Shown: positions 1 through 9,037 of the stretch, piece after piece
Numbering within the stretch: position 1 is the stretch's first letter
Layout of the letters: each line of letters starts with the position of its first letter
Translations under genes and position numbers: made by a program
Source: Blastocatellia bacterium
GTDB taxonomy: Bacteria > Acidobacteriota > Blastocatellia > Chloracidobacteriales > JADJPF01
Assembly: GCA_016713405.1 (NCBI GenBank)
Contig: JADJPF010000020.1
Coordinates: forward strand, 616,862-680,861
Length of the DNA: 64,000 nt
Direction: 5' to 3'
Notes under the pieces: model-generated
Seen by the model: the letters and a program-made list of their open reading frames with translations, nothing else
Told to the model about the DNA's origin: nothing
Databases searched by the model: none

Positions 1-1
1 A

Positions 2-958
2 GCCCGACTTGGACGGCCACTTGAGCCTTTTGATATTTGGTATAACGGTTTTAGACCTCGTGGAAGTTATAGCGAAGCACAACTTGATGAAATTGTATCA
101 AAACACTATCCAAACGGTGAAGCTTATAAAAAGGATATGCCTAATTTGTTGGTAAAATTAGGCTTTAGCAAAGAACGTGCAGAATATTTAGCTAATAATA
201 TTGAAGTTGATGCTGCTCGTGGTTCAGGTCATGCTATGGGTGCTTCTATGCGTTCAGAAAAAGCACATCTACGAACTAGAGTTGAAAAAACAGGAATGAA
301 TTATAAAGGTTACAATATTGCAGTTCATGAAATGGGGCATAATGTTGAGCAAACGTTTTCGCTTAATAATATTGACCATTTTCTATTGCAAGGCGTTCCA
401 AACACAGCTTTTACAGAAGCTTTAGCTTTTGTTTTCCAAGGGCATGATTTAGAGCTTTTAGGACTAGCTAAACCTGATAGCAAAAGCCAGGCCCTAAAAA
501 CACTTAATGATTTTTGGGCAACTTATGAAATTGCTGGAGTAGCTTTAGTTGATATGACGGTTTGGCATTGGATGTATGATCATCCTAACGCTACGCCAGC
601 AGAGCTAAAAGACGCTACTGTAAAAATTGCTAAGGATGTTTGGAATAAATACTATGCACCAGTATTTAAGAAAAAAGATGTTGTTCTACTAGGCATTTAT
701 TCTCATATGATTGATGGCTTTATGTATTTGCCTGATTATCCAATAGGCCATTTAATTGCATTTCAAATTGAAGAACAAATGGAAAAAGCAGGTAATATTG
801 GACAAGAGTTTGAACGAATGGCAGTTGTGGGTAGTGTTACGCCTGATATGTGGATGAAAAAGGCTAGCGGCGCACCTGTTGGAGCAGAAGCTTTACTTCA
901 TGCTACTAAAAAAGCTTTAACAGAAATTAATCTAAGTAATGCCAAAGCAGAAAAATAA
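2..958 (+). CDS. zinc metallopeptidase, C-terminal portion (5' end outside window)
   Basis: Frame is open from base 2 into listed ORF 137-958. HEXXH zinc site in IAVHEMGHNVEQ. TAA stop at 956-958. The M2/M3-like gluzincin assignment is resemblance only. Confidence 0.6.
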   Translation, partial: ARLGRPLEPFDIWYNGFRPRGSYSEAQLDEIVSKHYPNGEAYKKDMPNLLVKLGFSKERAEYLANNIEVDAARGSGHAMGASMRSEKAHLRTRVEKTGMNYKGYNIAVHEMGHNVEQTFSLNNIDHFLLQGVPNTAFTEALAFVFQGHDLELLGLAKPDSKSQALKTLNDFWATYEIAGVALVDMTVWHWMYDHPNATPAELKDATVKIAKDVWNKYYAPVFKKKDVVLLGIYSHMIDGFMYLPDYPIGHLIAFQIEEQMEKAGNIGQEFERMAVVGSVTPDMWMKKASGAPVGAEALLHATKKALTEINLSNAKAEK

Positions 959-1118
959 ATTAGCAAGTAGATAAGACTAAGCATTTTATATAGTAGTAAG
1001 CAAAAAAGCTTGGAACTACTAGATTTTAGTAATCAATGGTTAGGTAGAGAAAAGCTAGTTTTGTTATAATGCAAATTCTCACCTAGCCAAAATTGTTTAA
1101 AATCTTTGAGGAATAGCA

Positions 1119-2828
1119 ATGCGTTTATTGAAGTTATTTGCCATTTGTTTGATTCTAACTTTTCCAATTTCTAGTTTAGCTTTTCAGGAAAATGAAGTAA
1201 AAGATAAAAAAGAGCAAACAAATAAAAAAGAAAAGAAAGAAAAGAAAGAAAAACAAGATAAAAATAAAAAAGAACAAGATAACCAACAAGAAAATCAAGC
1301 CAATACAGAAGAAAATCAAGAACAAACACCAGCACCAAAACCAGAACCTGCTACTAATCCTTTAGTAACACAAATTGAACTAGCAATTTCTCTTAAGCAA
1401 CTAATTGAGCCACCTGGACAAAACGCTTATGAACTTTATCAAATATTAGCTAAAAATTCTCCAAATGAACCAGCATTAAAAAGCTTAAAAGAAACACTTA
1501 CTTTAATACTTGGGGATATAGCTAGATCGCCTTTAGAACTTTATGTTCAAGGAGCTAATTATAGCTTTACCCGGGAAGATTGGGCCTCGGCTCAAAAGTA
1601 TTCAGAACGCTTAAAAACATTACAGCCTAAAGATAAACGCTTTGCTGCATTTGATTTATTTTATCAAGGGATGATCGCTTTAGCTGATAAAGACCCTAAA
1701 AAAGCAGAAGAGCTTTTTCGTCAAGGAATAAAAAAAGATGATAAAGCACCCTATTTTTATAATGCTTTAGGACGAGCATTATCTGAACAAAAGAAGGAAG
1801 AAGATTCCTTAAAATCTTACTTAAAAGCCGCTTCGCTAGCACCAGATTGGAATTATCCTTTAGTTAATGTTGCGTTAAAATATTTACGACGAGGAAACTT
1901 AGAAGAAGCTCAACGCTTTGCTTTAGGAGCATTAAGTGTAAATGTTAATGATGTAGAAGCTCACTCTGTATTAGGTAATATTTATGCTAGTGTTGGGAAT
2001 TATGATGAAGCAATTAAGGAATATGAAATAGTGATTTCTCAGCGTCCTAATTCTATAGCAGATCAAATTGCTTATGGAAAATTGATGTTAGAAGAAGGGA
2101 ATTTATTAGCAGCCGAAAGAGCCTTTAGCACGGCATTACAAGCTAATCCTAACGATCAAACAGCAAAACTTTATCTCAGTATTACTACTCAAAGATATTC
2201 TGATATTGTGCTTAATGATGCTACTAATCAATTAAAAGATGTTGCCTCAAAAAATAATAATGCCCAAGCACAAGTAGCAATAGCTGAAGGGGCAGCCCAT
2301 AAAGGTAATACTACGCTAGCTATAGAAGCCTTTCAAGCAGCATTAAAAATAGAGCCTTGGCTTGCAGGTGCTAGATTAAAACTAGCTACCCTATTAGCTC
2401 AAACTGGCAAAACAGCAGAAGCCATTGCAGAATATCGTAATGTAAGTAAAACAAACCCATCATTAAAAGAAGCTTATTTTAGTCTTGGTAATTTACTTAG
2501 AAGAGAAGGGGATACTAAATCTGCAATTTTAGAATACCGTAAGGCTATTGCTGTAGCACCAAATTTTATACCAGCACATTCTAATTTGGCTATATTACTT
2601 CAAGAAATAGGGGAACTTGCGGCAGCGGCTGCTGAGTATCGAGCAATTTTATCTATTGAAGGAAATAATAGTGTTGCTGCTAGTGCATTAAAAGATCTTG
2701 AGGTAAAAATTGCTGAACAAAATAAACCTGAACCAGCTAAAACAGTAGAGGAACCAAAACCAACAAAACCAACAGAACCAGCTAAACCAAATGAAGAACC
2801 AAAAACTAACATTGAGAATAACAAATAA
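1119..2828 (+). CDS. secreted/periplasmic TPR-repeat protein with K/E/Q-rich low-complexity N-terminal region
   Basis: Signal-like N-terminus MRLLKLFAICLILTFPISSLA, a KKEKKEKKEK tract, then many 34-residue TPR-like units (e.g. AEAIAEYRNVSKTNPSLKEAYFSLGNLLRREGDTKSAILEYRKAIAVAPN). Confidence 0.7.
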   Translation: MRLLKLFAICLILTFPISSLAFQENEVKDKKEQTNKKEKKEKKEKQDKNKKEQDNQQENQANTEENQEQTPAPKPEPATNPLVTQIELAISLKQLIEPPGQNAYELYQILAKNSPNEPALKSLKETLTLILGDIARSPLELYVQGANYSFTREDWASAQKYSERLKTLQPKDKRFAAFDLFYQGMIALADKDPKKAEELFRQGIKKDDKAPYFYNALGRALSEQKKEEDSLKSYLKAASLAPDWNYPLVNVALKYLRRGNLEEAQRFALGALSVNVNDVEAHSVLGNIYASVGNYDEAIKEYEIVISQRPNSIADQIAYGKLMLEEGNLLAAERAFSTALQANPNDQTAKLYLSITTQRYSDIVLNDATNQLKDVASKNNNAQAQVAIAEGAAHKGNTTLAIEAFQAALKIEPWLAGARLKLATLLAQTGKTAEAIAEYRNVSKTNPSLKEAYFSLGNLLRREGDTKSAILEYRKAIAVAPNFIPAHSNLAILLQEIGELAAAAAEYRAILSIEGNNSVAASALKDLEVKIAEQNKPEPAKTVEEPKPTKPTEPAKPNEEPKTNIENNK

Positions 2829-2944
2829 AAATTTTCTTAAGGAAAATATTATCTTGCTTGCTTCTAAAGATTAAGTTCGTTAGAATCGTCCCCAATAATC
2901 TTAATTTTTATAACTAAAAACTAGTAGATTTTAGTAACTTCCAA

Positions 2945-3637
2945 ATGGGTTTTTTTGCTATGCAAAATTCTAAAAAAAAGTTAGCTCTTGACTTAAAAAA
3001 ATTTCCTAACTTAGATAAGTTTTCTAAAAACTTAGAAAAATTTCCTAAAAACTTAGATAGTTTTTCTAAAGATAAATTTTTATTTGTTAAAACTCTAGTT
3101 GAAAATCCTATAGAACTTGGTCAAGTAACACCTAGTTCACGCTTTTTAGCAGAAGGAATGGTGGCTAGTTTAGATTTGGCTAATGCCAAAGCAGTAGTTG
3201 AATTTGGCCCTGGTACAGGAGCAATTACCAAAGCTATTGTTAAAAAATGTGGTGATAAAACTAAATTTTTTGCTGTAGAAACTAACGCTAATATGATTGA
3301 AATTTGGCAAAGACGTTTTCCAGAACATCAAATTATTCAAGATAGTGCAGAAAATATTGGCGAACTTCTAAAACGTAACGGTTTGGAACATGCAGACTAT
3401 ATTATCTCTAGTCTCCCTTTTGCTTTAATTGAACCAAAACTTGGGCAACGAATCTTAAATAATTCTTATGCCAGTTTGCGACCCGGCGGCGTTTTTGTTA
3501 CTTATCAATATGTACATGCTAGGGTTATTAATAGTGTTATGAGGCTTTTAAGAAAAACTTTTCCTGTGGTTGATACGTCAGTAGTGTTTCGTAATCTGCC
3601 TCCTTCTTTTGTTTTTCGCTGTCAAAAACCTGAGTAA
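2945..3637 (+). CDS. class I SAM-dependent methyltransferase (phospholipid N-methyltransferase/COG3963-like)
   Basis: SAM motif I VVEFGPGTGAITKAI, preceded by ENPIELGQVTPSSRFLAEGM. Unusual repeat-containing N-terminal extension of about 45 aa. Start could also be ATG 2960. Confidence 0.65.
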   Translation: MGFFAMQNSKKKLALDLKKFPNLDKFSKNLEKFPKNLDSFSKDKFLFVKTLVENPIELGQVTPSSRFLAEGMVASLDLANAKAVVEFGPGTGAITKAIVKKCGDKTKFFAVETNANMIEIWQRRFPEHQIIQDSAENIGELLKRNGLEHADYIISSLPFALIEPKLGQRILNNSYASLRPGGVFVTYQYVHARVINSVMRLLRKTFPVVDTSVVFRNLPPSFVFRCQKPE

Positions 3638-3653
3638 AAGAAAAATACAAAAA

Positions 3654-3683
3654 AATAAGAGAGTAACAATTTACTCTCTTATT
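3654..3683. terminator. bidirectional intrinsic-terminator-like hairpin between convergent genes
   Basis: Perfect 13-bp stem aataagagagtaa/ttactctcttatt with a 4-nt loop, an A-run upstream and T-rich sequence downstream. Confidence 0.6.
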
Positions 3684-3704
3684 TTCCTTAAGATTTTAGC
3701 TAAT

Positions 3705-4063
3705 TTATTTTTTGGCTAATTCTTCAATTCTTTCATTTTCTTCAATGATAGTTGAGCGTAAAGCAATAAAAGCTCGTTGAACATTATCAGGTAAGCTATC
3801 ACAATTAGCACAAGCATCTGCATTTCCTTTTAATGCAGTAACTCCACAAATTCCACAAAGACGACGGTTAGCTACTTCTTGATAAGATTTTTTTTCTAAA
3901 TATTTTTTGCTTCTATGACTGCATCTTCTAACCAAGCAAAGTGTTTTACATCTGTTTCAACAAATTCTGTAATATGTTCAATAGTCATTACATTATGTTC
4001 GCTTGATTTAGTCAAAACTTCAAAGGTTGGTTCAAATAAAATTGCATGTTTTCCTAGTCTCAT
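3705..4063 (-). pseudogene. small zinc-ribbon protein (CxxC-x12-CxxC), frame broken by a 1-nt indel
   Basis: ORFs 3896-4090 and 3705-3935 join (..EDAVIEAKKYLEKKSYQEV..) if the T6 run 3903-3908 gains one base. AGGAGG lies 10 nt upstream of ATG 4063. Confidence 0.45.
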
Positions 4064-4221
4064 AACTTCAACTCCTCCTATAACTTGCAAAATAAGATTT
4101 TAGGCAGACATTAGATAAATCTGCATTAATAATTTTAAGTATTACTTAATTGTTAGGATGTTTTTATAGCCGACAGTATAGCACGAGTTAGAAAAATCTA
4201 ACCATTTTTGTCAAGAGATTT

Positions 4222-5055
4222 TTAATAATTTTCTAGTTTTTCAGCCACAACTAAACAGCTACCACCAAAAGGGATCTGGCGTTTGGATTTAATAAAGCTA
4301 AGTTCTAGCTCTAAATATTGATTAAGCAAATGGTTAAATAACCCTCGTTGAACATTATGTTCCTTACGTGTAGTTTCTAGGCTTCCTTCTTGTCGCCAAC
4401 CTAATTTACTAGGGATTGTTCTAAGTAAAAATATTGGTAAGGGTAAAAATGAAAAAAAATAAGAAGAATAATTAATTTTATAGCCTAAATTAACTAATTT
4501 TTTGGTTAATTTATTGAGTGTATAGCGTCTAAAATGTCCTGTTATTTCATCTTCGGTTGACCAAAGAAATTGATAAGCAGGAACTGTTAAATAAAGCTTA
4601 CCACCTATTTTTAAGATAGATTTTATTTGAAGCAAAAAATCTTTTTCTGCTTCAATGTGTTCTAAAACATCAAATAAACCTATAGCAGACAAAGAATTAG
4701 CAAAAAATCCAGCATCTTCTAAAGAAGAGCAGATCACTGTTAAACCTTTATTTTTAGCATTTTGTGCGCCAATCATTCCTGGCTCAACAGCTACTGAGTT
4801 AAAACCTGCTTGGCTTAAAGCTTTTGAAACATAACCGTTACCTGCACCAATATCAAAAATTGTTCCTTGAGGAGAAAAATTTTTCATTGTATCAATCAAG
4901 CAATTATTCCGATGGTAAAACCAAAAAGACTTTTCTTCTACTTGTTCACATTCTGAGTGACCATCTTCAGGAAAGGCTATTGCACGCTGATTATTTGCTA
5001 CCCAAATATCATTGCTTGAAAGAGTTAAATTTTTGGCTAATTGCTCTATATTCAT
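4222..5055 (-). CDS. class I SAM-dependent methyltransferase
   Basis: Motif I IFDIGAGNGYVSKAL, LFDVLEHI, GGKLYLTVP. Confidence 0.7.
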   Translation of the reverse strand: MNIEQLAKNLTLSSNDIWVANNQRAIAFPEDGHSECEQVEEKSFWFYHRNNCLIDTMKNFSPQGTIFDIGAGNGYVSKALSQAGFNSVAVEPGMIGAQNAKNKGLTVICSSLEDAGFFANSLSAIGLFDVLEHIEAEKDFLLQIKSILKIGGKLYLTVPAYQFLWSTEDEITGHFRRYTLNKLTKKLVNLGYKINYSSYFFSFLPLPIFLLRTIPSKLGWRQEGSLETTRKEHNVQRGLFNHLLNQYLELELSFIKSKRQIPFGGSCLVVAEKLENY

Positions 5056-5078
5056 AACTTAGTTGGAGATATTGTAGA

Positions 5079-5753
5079 TTACTGCAATATTTTTACTCCA
5101 GGTGGAACAGAAAATTCAAATTGTTCATCTATAGCTAAAAAGTTTTCTCGGAAATTTGATAAAATAAAATCTGACCGACGATCATTTGCATTAATTAATA
5201 CTAACCGACTTAATTGCATAGCTTTAGGGTTTACTTCTACAAATAATCTTTTCAATGAACTACTTATACGTTTAGGGATTAACTCTAGCACAATATTACC
5301 AGAGATTACTGGTGATTCTACATTAGAAATTTCTATAGACTTAAAATCTTTTTGTAGATTACGGCGACCTAAGAGAAAAACAAATGGTGCGCGTGGATCA
5401 TCGCTTTCTTTAAGTGCAGTGATTGTTACTTCTTTTTCTTCAGGGAGGTAAAAATAAACTTTTTTATCATTTACAATAAATATTTTTTCTTCAGGCTGTT
5501 GATAATCCCAACGCATTTTTCCGGGTCGTTTTAAGGTTAAAGTGCCTTGTTCACGGAGTTTGCGCCCGGCTCGGTCGCTATAAACTTGGGTAAAATCTGC
5601 TGCTAACCCTTTCATATTGCCATAGCGATTTTCTAGCCCAATAATTAACTTTTTGACTGTTTCATCTTCAGCTTGCCCTGGTAAAGCAATTAATATCAAT
5701 AAGATAAAAACGAAAATAGCCTTAAAAATTGCAAAATTAATAAAACGTGTCAT
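5079..5753 (-). CDS. lolA: outer-membrane lipoprotein carrier LolA-like protein
   Basis: Signal peptide, then LAADFTQVY..GTLTLKRPGKMRWDY..EKIFIVNDKKVYFYLPEE, a pattern typical of the LolA family. Confidence 0.65.
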   Translation of the reverse strand: MTRFINFAIFKAIFVFILLILIALPGQAEDETVKKLIIGLENRYGNMKGLAADFTQVYSDRAGRKLREQGTLTLKRPGKMRWDYQQPEEKIFIVNDKKVYFYLPEEKEVTITALKESDDPRAPFVFLLGRRNLQKDFKSIEISNVESPVISGNIVLELIPKRISSSLKRLFVEVNPKAMQLSRLVLINANDRRSDFILSNFRENFLAIDEQFEFSVPPGVKILQ

Positions 5754-5981
5754 AAATAAAATATCCTTAAATTTATTGTCTAATGCTAATTTCTAAAAGT
5801 TTTAGATGCAGCATAAGTTTATTTTTGTATCTTTCTAATAGTTTTTTCTACATAAGAAAAGTTTTGTTATTTATTCTTTTTGGGACAGCATTATCCCACA
5901 AACGAACAAACCTAAATATGCAAAGTTAGAGATTTTTCTACAAGGCTAATTTTATCAATTAAATAAAATAAATCAAAAAGT

Positions 5982-5996
5982 TGGCACAGCATTTGG
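5982..5996 (+). promoter_or_regulatory. candidate sigma54 (-24/-12) promoter upstream of the orphan permease
   Basis: TGGCACagcatTTGG matches TGGCAC-N5-TTGC at 9 of 10 core positions with the correct GG-N10-G spacing. It sits 52 nt upstream of ATG 6048. Confidence 0.4.
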
Positions 5997-6047
5997 GTAA
6001 GTATTTTAATGGCCTTTTTAAGTTCTACAAAATAAAAGGGGAAAGTT

Positions 6048-8512
6048 ATGGAAAAATTTCTTCAAGATTTCCGCTATGGATTACGAGTATTAGCAAAAAG
6101 CAAAATTTTTACTGTAGCAGTAGTTTTTATTTTAGCTTTGGGCATTGGGGCAAACACAACTATTTTTACAATCCTAAATGCTATTTTCCTACAACCATTG
6201 CCAATGGAAAAGGTTGAAGAAGTAGTTTCCCTTTTTACTCTAGATGGAAAAAATTCTAATGATAGTCGTAACACCTTGGCGGTTTCTTTTCCAAACTATA
6301 AAGATTACCGTGACCAAAATACTACTTTTACCGCTATTGCAGCCTTTTCAGGCGCATCTTTAAGTCTAATAGGTCAAGGAGAGCCTAGACAGCTTAATGG
6401 CTCAATCGTTACAGGGAATTACTTTGATGTTTTAGGAGTAAAAGCTTTAATAGGGCGGACTTTTTTACCTGAAGAAGACCAAACCCCAGGACTGCATCCT
6501 GTGATTGTTTTAAGCCATAATGTATGGAAAAACCAATTTGGTGCAAAGCCTGAAATTATAGGTAGCCAAATTACATTAAATGCTACTAGCTACACAGTAA
6601 TTGGTGTAACTCCACCAAACTTTCGAGGAACTTTTGCTATAGGATCAGTGGACTTTTTTGTCCCAATGATGATGCATGAACAAGTTTTTAATGGCATTTT
6701 TAAGCAATGGTTTGATTCTCGGCGGGCATTACTTTTTAATTTGGTAGGTAGACTTAAGCCAAATGTAACTATCGAACAAGCACAAGCCGAAATCACAACC
6801 ATTGCTAGCCAATTAGCTAAAGAATATCCAAAAGATAATGATGGTCGTACACTAACGCTTATACCATTAGCACAATCTACTATTAATCCTAACCAACGAG
6901 ACATTTTTATAAGAGGTGGGGCATTATTAATGGTAGTTGTTGGATTAGTTTTATTAATTGCTTGTGCAAATATTGCTAATCTTTTGTTAATACGGGCTAA
7001 TATTCGTCGTCGGGAAGTTGCTATTCGTATTGCTCTTGGTGCTAGTGCGTGGCGATTATTTCAACAATTTATGATTGAAAGTATTTTACTTTCCACTATA
7101 GGGGGTATTATTGGCCTTTGTTTAGCTCTTTGGGGACGTGATTTATTATGGTCTTATCGTCCTGTTTTTATTCAAGCTGATGGACTGGATTTAAGTCTAG
7201 ATTTAAGAGTGCTAGTTTTTACTTTTTTGATTTCACTAATTACAGGGATAATTTTTGGTATTATTCCAACACTTCAAGCTACTAGGTCAAACTTAGTAAT
7301 AGAATTAAAAGAAAAAACAGCCCCAATTAATTCAGGTAATAAACTGCTAACACTACGTAATATTCTAGTGATTGCTCAAATAGCTTTTTCATTAGTAGCT
7401 TTAATTAGTGCTAGTCTTTTCCTTCATAGCCTTATCAATGCCCAATCAATTAACCCAGGCTTTGAAACTAAAAAAGTTTTTACAATCTCATTTGAATTAA
7501 ATCGCCAAAATTATAATGAAGTTCAAGGAAAAGAATTTTTCCGTAATGTTCAAAGCCATGTTCAAGGCTTACCGGGTGTAAAGTCTGTTAGCGTAGCGGC
7601 TAACCCTCCGCTTGGAGGAGGCTTTTAAGGAGCGTTTTCCCTGAAGGTGGAGATCCTCAAGCTTTAGGTAAAGGTATCCTTACAACTACTAATAATATTG
7701 GAACAAAATTCTTTGAAACCCTTAATATTCCTATGCTTCAAGGGCGCGATTTTAATGACTCTGATAGAGAAACGGCTCCAGGAGTTGCAATTATTAATGA
7801 AGCAATGGTAAAACGCTTTTGGCCCGGACAAGATGCTGTCGGAAAACGATTTAGGTTTTTTGGAGATGATAATTTTACCGAAGTAATAGGGATAGTTAAA
7901 GATACAAAAATAGTTTCTCTTGGTGAAGAGCCAACACCTTGTGCTTATATTCCAATATTTCAACGCTATACAAATTTAGTAACTTTATATGTCCAAAGCA
8001 AAGAAGACCCTAAAACCATTTTAGGAATAGTTAGAGCAGAAGTACAATCGCTTGATAGCAATTTAGCTCTTACAAATATCAACACGGTTTCCGAAATAAT
8101 AGGTCAAAGTCTTTGGGCTGCTCGTATGAGTGCTACTTTGTTAGTTTTGTTTGGGTTGTTAGCTTTAGTTCTTGCTGCTGTTGGAATTTATGGAATTTTA
8201 GCCTACTCTGTAAATCAGCGTACCCAAGAAATAGGTGTTCGCATGGCGTTAGGTGCAAAACCATTTGATATCTTAAAACTAGTTCTTAGCCAAGCAATGT
8301 TGTTAGTTGGAATAGGGATTACGCTTGGCACAGTGGGCGGTTTATTTTTAGTACGTATTTTTGCAGGTCTTTTATTTGGTGTAAGTGCTTTTGATCCAGT
8401 AACTTTTATAGTAGCCCCATTAATTTTAGCTCTAGTGGCCTTGCTAGCTAGCTATATCCCAGCTTATCGTGCTACAAAAGTTGATCCATTAGTAGCCTTA
8501 CGCTGTGAATAA
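6048..8512 (+). pseudogene. duplicated MacB/FtsX-type ABC permease (ADOP-like architecture), one frameshift
   Basis: ORFs 6048-7628 and 7733-8512 are the two halves, each a periplasmic domain plus an FtsX TM unit. Frame 2 reads [43 protein letters not shown] directly after ..PPLGGGF if the T-run 7623-7626 gains one T. Confidence 0.8.
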
Positions 8513-8527
8513 TAAAGTCATATTAAA

Positions 8528-8555
8528 CTAGGGCTAATTTTTTTCTTAGCCCTAG
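8528..8555 (+). terminator. hairpin downstream of the permease gene
   Basis: 10-bp stem ctagggctaa/ttagccctag with an 8-nt T-rich loop. No clear U-tail. Confidence 0.35.
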
Positions 8556-8698
8556 TAATTAACCTAAAGTCCAGTTTAATCTAATACTTACGCTATTTTT
8601 CTAAAACATTACTCACACAACTTAAAAAAATGTTATTGCATCCCAACAATGGTTAAGCAACAATTAATTATCTCGAAAAAGGAAGGTTGGGTAATTTT

Positions 8699-8938
8699 AT
8701 GGGAAAAGAAGGGACTAATAAAACTTCTGGTGCAAAATGTTGGATTAGATTAAGAGGATCTCCAAATGACCCAGAATCCTTTGAATTAGCTGCTTGGACT
8801 GGTATTGCTTGGGAAATCCCTGCAAAAACGAATGATGGACGTATAGTAGTTTTATCTATACCTGATTATATGGTTGCAGAAACATTACCAGCAGAAACAG
8901 ACCCAGAAAAGCTCTATCATCCATTAAAAGTAGCTTAA
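8699..8938 (+). CDS. hypothetical small protein
   Basis: ORF evidence only. ATG 8699 is preceded by AAGGAAGG. No motif recognised. Confidence 0.3.
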   Translation: MGKEGTNKTSGAKCWIRLRGSPNDPESFELAAWTGIAWEIPAKTNDGRIVVLSIPDYMVAETLPAETDPEKLYHPLKVA

Positions 8939-9037
8939 GATTGCAAGTGCAATCTTAAAAAATTTGTAAATTATAGCTAGCACAACGTTAAAAAGTGTTT
9001 AAAAGTATTTCTTTTGCCCTCCTCATTTTGTTAAAAG

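Noticed and set aside
5981-6217. ORF 5981-6217 (+) upstream of and overlapping the permease start.
   Set aside because: It starts at a TTG inside the sigma54-like promoter, is out of frame with the well-supported permease gene, and its translation looks non-protein-like.
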